DNA of 62,557 bases, filler included, from Welwitschia mirabilis (lineage: Eukaryota): NCBI GenBank assembly GCA_051453625.1. It is 3 parts of one record of this genome, joined end to end, with 100 filler letters (N's around TTAATTAATTAA, not from the genome) between each part and the next. Parts side by side here need not be neighbours in the genome. Positions count along the whole stretch, not along the records: positions 1 to 22,766 come from JBOZIK010000001.1; 2 more parts are not named here. One strand, given 5' to 3'. The position numbers and the translations under genes were made by a program. Below, in pieces: positions 1 through 10,922 of this stretch; position 1 is the first letter of the stretch; every line of letters starts with the position of its first letter. The notes under the pieces were generated by a model. It had not been told where the DNA came from and did no database searches. It saw nothing but the letters and a program-made list of their open reading frames with translations.

Positions 1-76
1 GAGCATTTATCTGTTAGTTTATCTGCAAAACAACTCAAAATACCCTATCAAATACACTTAAGTTGGCGTCACAACA
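1..76 (-). repeat. Terminus of an Athila-like LTR (family also at 4148-5387, 9722-10922, 44848-46103, 46183-52842), cut by the window edge
   Basis: Ends ...CAACTCAAAATACCCTATCAAATACACTTAAGTTGGCGTCACAACA, matching the right ends of the other copies (e.g. ...AATTTGGTAGCACAACA at 5387). Confidence 0.75.
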
Positions 77-813
77 ATGGGCTACCTTTTAAACTAGCAT
101 GATGTTTATTGGATTTGCATGAGTACTTTTTATGGATTTTATGCTTTTACCTCTCTTATAATAAAGTGTTACATGTTCTTTTCTTAGTGCATTATTATGA
201 TATTAAGTGGTGATTATTTCATACTTATTATGCTTAGGATCAAATAAGGCATGTTATTACTTTAAGATTTCATGTGTGATTCTTCTTTTTACTCTAATTT
301 ATATAACTGAAATATTTATTTGATGGATCTTGGAAGACCCCTATTTTTCATGCTTATAATTTTCTTCTTATATCAGCTAAGTGTCTTAGAGATATTTATG
401 ATGGATGAGATTATGTTGTTGTACTTGAGCTAGAACAACATGAGCATCATATCTATAGTTAATGAGATTATGACATTGTGATTAAGCTAGAGTAAAAGCT
501 ACATGAATTTAATTAAATATTTATGATTATGTGGGAGTCATTATGCTAGTATTGATACTATGTCCCATTCCAAGTTCTCTTATACATTTTAGTCACTTAT
601 ACTCATTTCCATTATCCTTACTTTAATTCATAGTTTATCATATCTATCCCCATAGAAGAATGACATTGGGACTATACTATGAATAGAATTTCTAGTATTA
701 TTGGTAAAAGTTGAGTTGGTGATGTAAGATTCATATTTCTAGGATAATCTTACACATTATCATACATTAATAATAGATATAAGCATAGCCATATTTTATG
801 ATGAACATCATTT

Positions 814-831
814 TAGCACTATTGTTAGGGA
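814..831 (+). promoter_or_regulatory. Degenerate primer binding site (tRNA-Asp type, Athila)
   Basis: TAGCACTATTGTTAGGGA versus the Athila consensus TGGCGCCGTTGCCGGGGA; all 7 differences are G>A or C>T. Confidence 0.75.
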
Positions 832-1789
832 TAGCGATATGTAAGCTACAAGGAGGCATGCATAAAAATTACATTTCTATAACCTTTTAGTTATTTTTCT
901 TTTTGTGAGTTTTTATTTTTCTAATTCATTTTCATTTTTTTTTCATTGAATGGTTTATTATCCAAGTAATATCCCAATTGGCTTCTTTTCATTTTTACTT
1001 TTCATGATTGATGGATTGACATTGATTGTGCCTAGTACTTGATTAATGAAACTTGATCTAATTACTTCTTTTTCTTTTTGTTTTTCTTCTTTTATTTTTT
1101 TCTTTTGTTTTTTTCTTTTCCTTTTTTATTTCTTTCTTTTCTTGTAAAAATTATCAGGAAAAGTATACCAAATTTTCTTATAGGAGCTACTCTTTATAAG
1201 TTTAAAGAAAAAATAACAAGAAAAATAAAAAAATTATTTCTTCTATTCATCTTCTCTTTTTACCATCTCTTTTCTCCTCTCTTCCCTTTTCTATCTCAAG
1301 TAAATTCTTTAGCAAGTACTTGAAAACAAATTTTAAAGAAGTTTATCATTAGTAAAAGCTTATAGAAATACTTTATTACATGTATTTTCATTCCTAGTTT
1401 TTTATTTCTTGCATTGCATTATATAATAGTTTTTAATTTTTGCATTTATCCTTTTCATTATTTATATTTAATCCTTACTTATCAGTTAGCCATAATGACT
1501 TATTGTATCAAAATATTAGTCATCTTAAGAGTTATATTTTTATCTTTAATCAAAACTACTTTATGCCAAATAATCAGTACCACTGTCTAGAGTCAGCAAC
1601 ACCATTGGCACTACTATCTAGAGTTAGCAGCATAGCTGGTGCCGCTGTCTACAGTCACTAGTGTCATAGGCTTCTTAACTCAGAACTCTTTTATCTTTAA
1701 TGAATTAAAGGTTTGTGTTATCTTAAAATCTTTTACATAATGTACAAATCTAGCAACATAACTTTTTCTAACTATTTTCTTATGTTTCA

Positions 1790-4147
1790 TGAATTGGCAA
1801 TGAGCACCTGATGATAGATTGCACCGAGTTCCTATCAATTCTAAAATAGATTATGAGTTAGATCATGAAAGTAACTTTAGAGGTCATCCATATTAGAAAC
1901 CATTAGAAAACCAAAATAATCCATTAGATTATCAATATCACAACTCTAGAAGCAACATCAATCTCAATCAACCTAGATGTACTTTAAAAGAATATCTTTA
2001 ACCATAATGTTTAAATGCATCCTTATGTATTGTTCAAGCTTCTAATGCTAATATAATTGATTTTAAGTTATAAATTATTTAACTTTTTCCACATTTTAAG
2101 AATTTAGGATCTAAGGATTATTACCTACATCTTAAAGAGTTTGAGTGTGTCCTCTTTATAATCTCTTAAAGGCATACAACATCTAATGCACTTAGATTAA
2201 CTTTATTCCCTTTTTCCCCTCAAAGAGAAGGAAAAATCTTGGATATACATCTTAAAGTAGTTTTTCTCACTACTTAGGATGAGATTAACAAAGATTTTAT
2301 TAGAAAATTCTTCCTTAGTCATAAGATCAATATCATTAGATGGGAGATCACTTCTAATAAAATAATAGCGAAACCTTCTCCCACATACTAAAAAGATTTA
2401 AGAGTCTACTTATTAGATGCTCATAACGTGGTTTTGAGAAAGGTAAAGTTATAGGTTTATTTTATAAAGGTATTTCATCCAATAATAGGTAATTTATGAA
2501 GATGATTTGTAGAGGTAATTTTTTAGACTTAGAAATTAATAAAGCTTAAAATTTTCTTAAAATCATAGTTGAAAGTTCAAAGAATTGGGACAAATCTAAT
2601 GAACCAACTTAATCACACAACTAACTAGGTTTAATTGTATCTTTAAAATCCTTAATAATATTGAATTCAACCAATTCCTAAAAGATTAAGACTCTTAGTA
2701 TAAGCTCTAAAACCATGATTCCATCTCCTTATTACAACATTTATCTTATAAAGATTTATAAAACCTTATATTATCCATCCATCCTTATGTTTCAAGGTGT
2801 GGTAAAAGAGCAAGTTAATTTTGTGGGGCAACAATTGAAAAACCAAAGAAAAAATAATTTATATTCTAACAGTTACAACCCTAGATGAAGGAACCACTCA
2901 ACTATTTCATAGAAGCAAGATAATCCCAACTAACCATTACTAGCTAATGTAAGAGTTCAAATCATTCCTCAACTTCCAACTCTTTATAGGTTGTACTTTA
3001 TAAGTTTATAAAGCTTAATATCATATCAATACCTCATAACAATAATTTAACCAACAAACCTCTTCTATGTTATAAAAGTTAAAGCAAGGCATGCACTAGT
3101 TAAGCCAAATCACTATGCATGTTCTTACATCACTCAACCAATATAAAAAGGATAAGCTTTCTTACTATACATGATCCTAACCCTGATAGTTATAAGTTTG
3201 TAAAAGATTCAAAAATTAAGGAAACCAAAGTTATCCATTCAAAAAGTTATAAATAAATCAAAAAAGAGATAGAAGAGAAACAACTCCAAGAATAAAAATC
3301 ATAACAAAGTGAGCATAAAAGTGAGAAAGGGGTAAAAAAAGAAACATGATATAAAAGAAGTTGTTCTAGATTATAAATAACCAATACCATTTTCTAAACA
3401 ACGTTGAAAAAATCAATTGACTAATAAGTAACAAGTAGCACTAGAAATTTTTGAGGAAGTAAAGGTCAAAATCCCTCTTTTAAAGGCTATTATATAAGTG
3501 TCCTCCTATGCCAAATGCTTTAAATATCTATGTATTGTTAAAATAGTGATGAATGTAAAGAATAAGCCTTTCTTTCCCAATAAACTAGTGCCAAAAATCA
3601 AAACCAAATCCTCCCAAAATACAAAAATCAAAGATGCTCTACCATAGCCATTAAAATTGAAAACACAAACTTCCAATGAGCCTTAGTAGGTTTTAGAGCT
3701 AGTGTTAATATTTTACCCTATATTATCTACAAGGAACTTATTCTAAATGATCTTAAAAATATCAAGCTCTAATTAAAAGTGGCTAATTACTCTTTAAAAA
3801 AATCCTTTGGCATAGTAAAGGATGTGATTTTTTAAGTAGAATTTTTTTCATTTTTTATGGACTTTGTAGTTTTAAAAATTGAATAAACTAGAAGTCATAT
3901 CATTCCAATTATTCTAAGAGGACCTTTTCTTGATACTTATAATGCTCTTATCAATTTTAGAAATGGTCTCTAAATATTTCATTTAGTAACATGACCATTG
4001 AGTTAAACATATTTAATACCATGAAGCAACCTGAGAATTTGAAAGGAGTAGAGTTTATTGAAATTTTTAATGATCATCTTGATCCTCCTTCCTATGAGAA
4101 AAATGTTTCCTCTATTTCTCTACCTTATTTAAGTTGTAATTCATTTG
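1790..4147 (+). pseudogene. Athila-like gag and aspartic protease remnant
   Basis: Translatable remnants YLHLKEFE, LRLTLFPFS, YSNSYNP, ALVGFRASVNILPY (protease), IPIILRGPFLDT and MTIELNIFNTMKQP, with many stops and frameshifts. Confidence 0.8.
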
Positions 4148-5387
4148 TGTTGAAGTGTGTATTTGTGAAAAAGTTATGTCCTCAAACAAATCTTATAAAT
4201 CACAAATGTATATAGATTTTGCATAATACAACACACTACTATATATGGGAGTGATCAAATTGTCATAATTCTGTCAAAAGCATAGACAAGAAGAAAGAGA
4301 ATTCATTTCAAAAATAAAAAACCTTATAATCTCTAAATAGAAATAATATAACAATGTAAATAAGTATACTATGCAAATGACATGCAAGTCCTATTTCTAT
4401 CTAATTATCAAATTAACTTATCATGGAGATCGGCCCTATATTACCTAGATTAATCAAGAAAAGTCATTACTAGACTAAGACCAACCTAAATTATTAGGTA
4501 CATCAAATAAAATATGAAAATAATGCAAAGTTAATCTAGGAAATGAAATGCAATGCACCTAAACTAACAATGTTAACCTTGATAAAGGTTGCCATTATAA
4601 TCTATATCATTAATGAAGCTATCATAAAATCAAAAGCAACATAAACCATAAGGGAGACGCACATAATGAAAGATATAAAAAAATAGAGTTTTGATTAAAG
4701 TGAATCAACATTCATGTTACAAAGTAGCAGCACCTCAGTGAAGGATACATAACCCAATACCAAAGAAGACATCTTTTTATAACAATAATGGAGAGACCTC
4801 CTACTCTTCAATCTCCTATCACAAGAATTTTCGATGCCAAAGAATATGAAAATAGAGTCAAGGGCAGAGAAGGTATTTATTACAAAAAAACTTCAAAATT
4901 AGTAAATACAAACAGATATGCTAATAACCCTAATAGTGGTATAATAAGATGCAAGTCACATGGCCAGAGTGTAGTGAAGTTCGATGAAGTGTTATTTTAG
5001 GTGTCATCTTGCTGATCTTCTAAACTTCATAGACAATGATGCCAAGTTATATGAGTTTCACATTAGCTACTAGATTAATCTAATAAGCATACTCCTTAGC
5101 TTAAGTATTTCTGTCATCTGTATAGTCATCTAGATAATTAAGTGGATGATGGACTTTTGTAAAGTATTTCTTGTGTCGCATTAGCCTCTTTAATTGAAGG
5201 ATTATTGCTTCAAATAGGAAGTATTGTAAATTGCTTCAAATGCTGTCAAATATCATGAAGATTGCATGTTTTTATGACATTTGTCTTTTGCTCTCCATTA
5301 TCATCAAAAATCAACATAAGCCTATCTAACGTCCTATAGAACTACTTAAAATACCATATCAAATATATATAATTTGGTAGCACAACA
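4148..5387 (-). repeat. 3' LTR of Athila-like element B
   Basis: TGTTGAAGTGTGTATTTG...GCACAACA termini; colinear along its length with 44848-46103; adjacent minus-strand PPT. Confidence 0.85.
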
Positions 5388-5404
5388 TAGCCTTCCACTT
5401 AGTC
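5388..5404 (-). promoter_or_regulatory. Polypurine tract of element B
   Basis: Minus strand GACTAAGTGGAAGGCTA directly before the LTR TG; near-identical motif at 52843-52859. Confidence 0.7.
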
Positions 5405-5924
5405 TTATCAATCCCTAACAAAACCAGGTGAACAACCATAATTTCGAGCTAAATTAACTAATAATAGAGCAACTAGGGAAATATGAAATAAACTCAAAAA
5501 TAATTTTAAAAATCTCAGAATGTAGAATAGAAATATCAAAAACAAATAATTGAAAATTTTACTTGTGTAGCATAAGTGACCATACTATCATCCTGGTGGT
5601 TGTCCATATGATGAAGGGGATAATAAGCTAAAAAATTATTCTTGAAAAACAAAATTCTACAATTTTTTTTTCAAAAAGATAAACATTAAATATATTGGTA
5701 ATTAATAGCCCTTAACTTAAATATACAGTATACAAAAGAAATAACCATGTATACATAAATAATTTTCATCATGAAGTATCAAAAATGATATGTAAAAATA
5801 TGCATCATATCCAGCAATAAAAGTACATACTATGATGATATTAAAAAATAATATGTCTATATATAAGTCATGCATTTTGTATAATTCATAGAGGCAAAGA
5901 TACAAAATACAACATAAAGTCACT

Positions 5925-7176
5925 CCCTTATCTAGTCATGATGAATTCCTAATGTGCAATAGGCTCTAGTGTAGGAGGAAAAGAAAAAGGATTCTCAGGA
6001 TCTACAGGGAAATGGTGATCAATTGACATTATGATTGTGCATGTTATCTCGTATCCATGTACTATGACTTTCTCTATGAGGTCTACCATCACACCATGCT
6101 TTATCCATAAGATGCACTGTCACATATCAACCAGCTGCTCCTCAGTGCACTATACTCTCCTTTCAATCATCTTAATCCTCTACTCTAGTGTAGAGATTCC
6201 TCGATCAACTATCTCTCAAATAGTCTATGTAGTCTCTGCTAAGAGAGTCTGAATCTGCTCTAAGGTAGAACTAACTATAGGTTTTTGTACCTGATGTCTC
6301 TTTGCCTCTCTTGGTATCTGTATGTCCATATCCTATAGGTAATGAGTTGAAGTCTATATGTATGTAAATCTTTGATCATCTACAAGCTCTAGTATGCCAA
6401 AGCATCTGAACATAACTGAGAGGAGGCACAAATATCCCAGAGTCTAAAGCTAATCGTACCTCTATCATAGTCCTAAGTCTCCTTCAAATAAATGTTAGTA
6501 AATCCATTTTCTCATCTTACCTAAACACTACCAGCATCTATAACTATAAGACCATTACATGACTATCATGAAATGATGGGTTGATGTTATAAATCAGCTC
6601 TTTATATAGGATCTAATAGGGATATGATAGCTAAATGACCAAGATGTTCCACATATCTATCATCAAATCAATTGGAATATTAAGTGTTATGTCGTAGGCA
6701 TGACGCTCGTCTACCTTGCTAGCTGAATGTATATGTATGCTCCTGATACCACCTAAATCAGTTACTATAGTAATGTGGTTTGGGAGGATTTTATTCTCAT
6801 GGCCTCAAATAGTATCTATTGTCATGTCAACAAGCTAATCACGAGCATAAAGACATTTCTCTATAAGAATTGTGTTATAGAACTCCTTGGTCTTTGATAC
6901 ATAATATAACCCTTATGCATCTAAAATTTACCGTGCTGTAGATCTATAAGTCTTTAGTCCATCTCTAGCTCTAGGTGGCTTATAAAATCATCAAAGTATC
7001 TCTCAACATGGATGGTCATGATCTAAATCATAAGGGATCTAGCATGACAAGATGCAGGGTGGACTGTCTCTACACGCTTAATCTTTGGTGGTTCTAATGG
7101 GCCTACCTCCTACTCAACAGCCTTGGTTTCTACCTTGACTTATTTAGCTCTACATGTGCATAGCCTACGTAGCCAT
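5925..7176 (-). pseudogene. Athila extra ('env-like') ORF remnant
   Basis: Long decayed frame from ATG 7176, located between integrase and the 3' LTR. Includes LSYPY*ILYKELIYNINPSFHDSHV...MDLLTFI*RRL, resembling the plant env-like/Transposase_32 core (recalled, not searched). Confidence 0.6.
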
Positions 7177-7261
7177 AAATATGAAATGTGTTATAAGAAG
7201 TCAAGTGAAAATATCTAAGATATGTATGTATATAAATATATTTGTTTATTTTATTTTTCAT

Positions 7262-7393
7262 TTTTTTCCCCTAAGATTTTCACAAATATTATCCATGTCT
7301 ATGGTAGGAACTCCTAAACATTTTATTTTACAAACATGTCTCTACTTCTAATGTGCATGGATGTTTTCAAGCATGTTGTGTGTTAAACCATCT
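7262..7393 (-). pseudogene. CAF1: Captured fragment of CRS2-associated factor (CRM domain 1)
   Basis: Translates [38 protein letters not shown], matching the recalled CAF1/CAF2 CRM motif [28 protein letters not shown].C. The paralog is uncertain from this piece alone. Confidence 0.85.
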
Positions 7394-7475
7394 TATTGTG
7401 TGTTATGCCCATAGAACATGTGAATTTTATTTTTGCTAGAACTTCCTATCACAGCTCTATAATAATAAATGCACA
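7389..7475 (-). pseudogene. POLH: Captured fragment of DNA polymerase eta (Y-family)
   Basis: Translates AFIIIEL**EVLAKIKFTCSMGITHNKM versus recalled plant POLH IIVAELR.QVL.ETEFTCSAGIAHNKM. Confidence 0.8.
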
Positions 7476-9376
7476 AATGCAACATCCTAGAAGCTGGTAG
7501 ATGCTTTTGCTACTAATACCTAGAGCCGCAACCATAAGGGATCTAGTGATATCAATTCGATGGATGTCATTTTGATGGATGAACAAGGTCTACACAGAGT
7601 TTAAGGAAGGCATGGTTGTGGTCTCCCATGCAGTGACTAGAGAGAAAAAATAAATGAGATAGGATCATGCATGCATAATGCCCAGTGGGTGACATGCTTG
7701 CCATTATTAGGCTTTGCAATAAACACCTATTCTCAACTGGTCATGACAGCCTTGTCACTATTTTATTGTTTGATATCAATCAAAAATAATAAAAAGGATG
7801 ATAATAAATTTGCTTTTATTTACTATGTTAGACTATATGTCACTACTGCATTGCTTTCCCGCATTTACATTGTAAGATCCAAATCGACACAAAGAGGGAT
7901 GAAGAAGTACAATATCCACACAACCTTCTAGATGTTTCTTTTTTATGATTACTTTCCATTTTGCCAATTCATTTTCTCTCTTATTTATGACAATGGCAGT
8001 GAGTCAAACACCATTAGTCCATTCTTGTCTGTATTCACTATAAAATTTTCTAGTTCTTCTGATTACATCGATGATAAATATGATGATTTAAATCAAAATC
8101 TTAAATAAACTTCTTCTTTTTCTTTAGAACTTAATACAAGAATGATGTTTAGGGAGGAGAATTAAAAAATCACGACATGGAGGAGGAGGCTTAACAAAAA
8201 TAAAATAAAAGGAACTTTTCCTTAGGGATTGGAGGATACATCAGATTAAAAAAGAACACAATTAAGAGAAAATAGAAAGGGCATAACAAGAAGGTAAGGA
8301 AAAGAATAGCGAGAGGAAAAAGAAGGAATAGAATGCTAGAAAATACCAGAGAGCATGGTGAAAACACATGGAAGAGGAGATGCACCTCATTAAAAAAATG
8401 CTAACACATGAACACATTAGAACAATGTCAGGACAGAGATCAAGATGCTGCAAAAGAGGGAAAACTAGGAGAACTACATGGAAGCTATTAGAAACAGACA
8501 GACATACTAACATAGAAACATGCATCAGAGGAGAGAGGGGACACACTAAAAAGAAGATCATCACAAAAAATAAGGGACAACATAGAAAAAAATACAAAGG
8601 CCATTAGATAAGCTAGCAAGAATGCATAGACAGATGCGAAGAATGATAGAAGCATTATAACAGAGGAGGAGGAATTCAAAAAAATCAGCAATAAATGCTA
8701 GCCTAAAAGAATAGGTAAAAAGCATTAGATATGCATAGAACAGGGATGCATTAAGCAAAGATGCAAAACAATTAGAGTGAAAGGGTATTAAATAATAGCA
8801 AACAACAATGAACGGCATCAAAAGGCCAGTAGGAGTGTGCATTGTAATACGAAGAGCAAAGTAAATCCTTGCCTAGAATCAACATTTAAGTTTCCATTTT
8901 ATCTTTCCATGGTCATAGATCATCTCCATTATCGGTTGTAAATTCATTCGTTTTTTATTTATTTCATGGTTTTCAATTGGCTATTTCAAAAAATATTAAA
9001 AATATGTTTTTAATTTTCTTTTTAATGAATTTTTCTTATTAATAATTTTGTCTATATAGTATCTTGAAAATTGTAAATCCACAAATCTCAAATTGTGATA
9101 GTGTGATAATACTTTAAAAACAAAAGGCTTTTTTTTTAAAAATTATTTTCAATTATATTTCTAGATTTTATTTCCTAAATTATTTCTTCTAGGTTTCATT
9201 CATAATTTAATGATTAATTATAGACTTTAAAAAATTTATAATATCATACACCTAAAGCATAATATCAATTAGCCATTAGTCTTTATTCAACTTAAATATT
9301 TTAACATTTCTAAAATTCTAAGTAAAACACCATACAACAAAAAATTCAATGTTGTAAAAAATAGTCGTAACAGTTT

Positions 9377-9392
9377 TGGTGCTAGAAGGAGG
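9377..9392 (+). promoter_or_regulatory. Primer binding site complementary to tRNA-Asn
   Basis: TGGTGCTAGAAGGAGG is one C>T change from TGGCGCTAGAAGGAGG, the complement of the recalled plant tRNA-Asn(GTT) 3' end; it lies 4 bp after the LTR CA. Confidence 0.75.
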
Positions 9393-9494
9393 ACCCCTCG
9401 TGTAGATTTTTTATTATTTTCTTAATCATTTTGGATCATGTTTTTCTTATCCTTTACTTTTCCTACCACCTTATCACACTTCATAGCAGTAATA

Positions 9495-9721
9495 ATGTCA
9501 ATATTGACCCATAGGGAAAAAACCTGCATTTCTGAAAATGAGTACAAGGTACTCACCCAAAAACACTTATCAACCTTCACCTCCAATGAACTTCATGTCA
9601 TAAATGGTTATAGGAGTTATCGGGAAGGCTACCTTACCTATTCCACTCAAAGAATACGATCACTAATAATTAGAAAACTAGTACTCCCAGATGATGAAAA
9701 TAAGGTTCTCTTTGAAGACCC
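9495..9721 (+). pseudogene. First ORF segment of the Tat element (gag N-terminus or 5' extra ORF), cut by an LTR insertion
   Basis: Open frame MSILTHREKTCISENEYKVL...LFEDP begins about 100 bp after the PBS and is interrupted where the LTR starts at 9722. Confidence 0.5.
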
Positions 9722-10922
9722 TATTGCAGTGTGTATTTGTGAAAGTTTTTACATTTAAAGAGATCATGTCATTTATAACCAAAATAGATGTCTTACACAA
9801 TACATTATACTAGTATGAATGGGAGTAAACTCGAAATGTTATATTCTCATTGAAATATATGAGTATGAGACTATGAATACTAGGAACTAAAAAAAAAGTA
9901 TTATGTAAGAAATAAAAAGTACAATGCACAATGCAACTATTCTAAATGAAAATGCAAAATGAACTAACACAGTTTGGATTTAGCCTTCACAAAGGTTTCC
10001 CTTGATAATCTATGTTACCCAAGAAATTATCACCAAATCAAGGGCAACATAAAGTATAAGGGTTATAAGAAAATCTACAATGCAAACATGAAAAGAAAAC
10101 AAGGTTTTTGTATTAAAGAGTAACAAGCATCTTAGTAACAAAACAACCGGGTCTCAATGGAAGATATACAACCCTCTACTAAGTGCATGTCTTTCTGTAA
10201 TGCTCAAGATGGATCTCTTGCCCTTTGATCTCCTACCATGAGAATGTCCAATGCAACGAAGATGAAAAGGAGAGTTGAAGGGGGACTTATTTATTAGATA
10301 ATACAGTAGAAAAGGATAAATGGTAGGTGTAATTAGGTGCATTCATAAATGACTCAGAAATGGATGAAACAGTCAAGGAAATTTGTTAGAGTCAATTACA
10401 TATCAATGTAATGTAGGTTGTCATCTAGACAATAGTGTACATTATAAAATATCTCAAAATAATGATCAGTAATCCACATCAGCAGTCATCATGTTGCTTA
10501 TCGTGGGGACAGACAAAATGGTCAAGGGAATCTATTAGAGTTGATTACATGTCAATGTCATTCCAGATATATTCTGGATGATAATGGGAATAATAGTACA
10601 TTATAAAATATTCTTAAAATGATAACTCAGCAGTCCACATCAGTAGTGGTCGTCCTGCCTGTTGTGGGGATGATAAAGGGGACGATGGTCTTCTTTTATC
10701 ATTTTTTTAAAGATAATTTTAGCATTTTCGTTAGTAATTCTTATTCAAAGCTCTGTGCATCAGAAACTACATTTAATACATTAAATTTGGGTAAGAATTG
10801 CACTTTTTTAAGATTTCCTCTTGTATCTCTAAAATCCTAAAAATTGCACCTAAACTTATATAAAAGTCCTATAAAACAACTCATAAAACCCCATCAAATA
10901 ATCATAAATTGGTAGCGTAATA
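9722..10922 (-). repeat. Probable solo LTR of the Athila-like family
   Basis: Starts TATTGCAGTGTGTATTTGTG and ends ...AATTGGTAGCGTAATA, like the other family LTRs. No PBS or PPT adjacent, and no clean TSD. Confidence 0.75.

Larger units (their letters stand above)
77..4147 (+). mobile_element. Decayed Ty3/gypsy Athila-like element A: partial 5' LTR (77-810), PBS, 5' UTR, gag-protease; interrupted at 4148
   Basis: LTR-like sequence ends AACATCA at 810, followed by a degenerate tRNA-Asp PBS. Gag and protease remnants follow downstream. Confidence 0.8.
7189..9372 (+). repeat. 5' LTR of the Tat element, containing captured gene fragments (left boundary approximate)
   Basis: Ends ...ATAGTCGTAACA immediately before the PBS. 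TGTTATAA at 7189 is a CpG-decayed inverted match to TCGTAACA. 7262-7762 and 8340-9372 align with ~34720-36005. Confidence 0.7.

Noticed and set aside
1078-1323. Hydrophobic F/L-rich ORFs (also 5717-5923, 8191-8842, 13717-13962, 24564-24758, 53686-53910)
   Set aside because: Products of T-rich low-complexity UTR/LTR sequence or antisense frames of TE genes; no recognisable domain.
8140-8870. Lys/Arg/Glu-rich plus-strand ORF inside the Tat LTR
   Set aside because: Purine-rich LTR sequence yields such frames by composition; the frame is not clearly conserved with the 35224-35480 copy.
7262-9372. Helitron or Pack-MULE as the carrier of the gene fragments
   Set aside because: No TIRs or 3' hairpin-CTRR end seen; the repeat ends in CA followed by a PBS and brackets a Tat pol. 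An earlier Helitron origin of the mosaic cannot be fully excluded.
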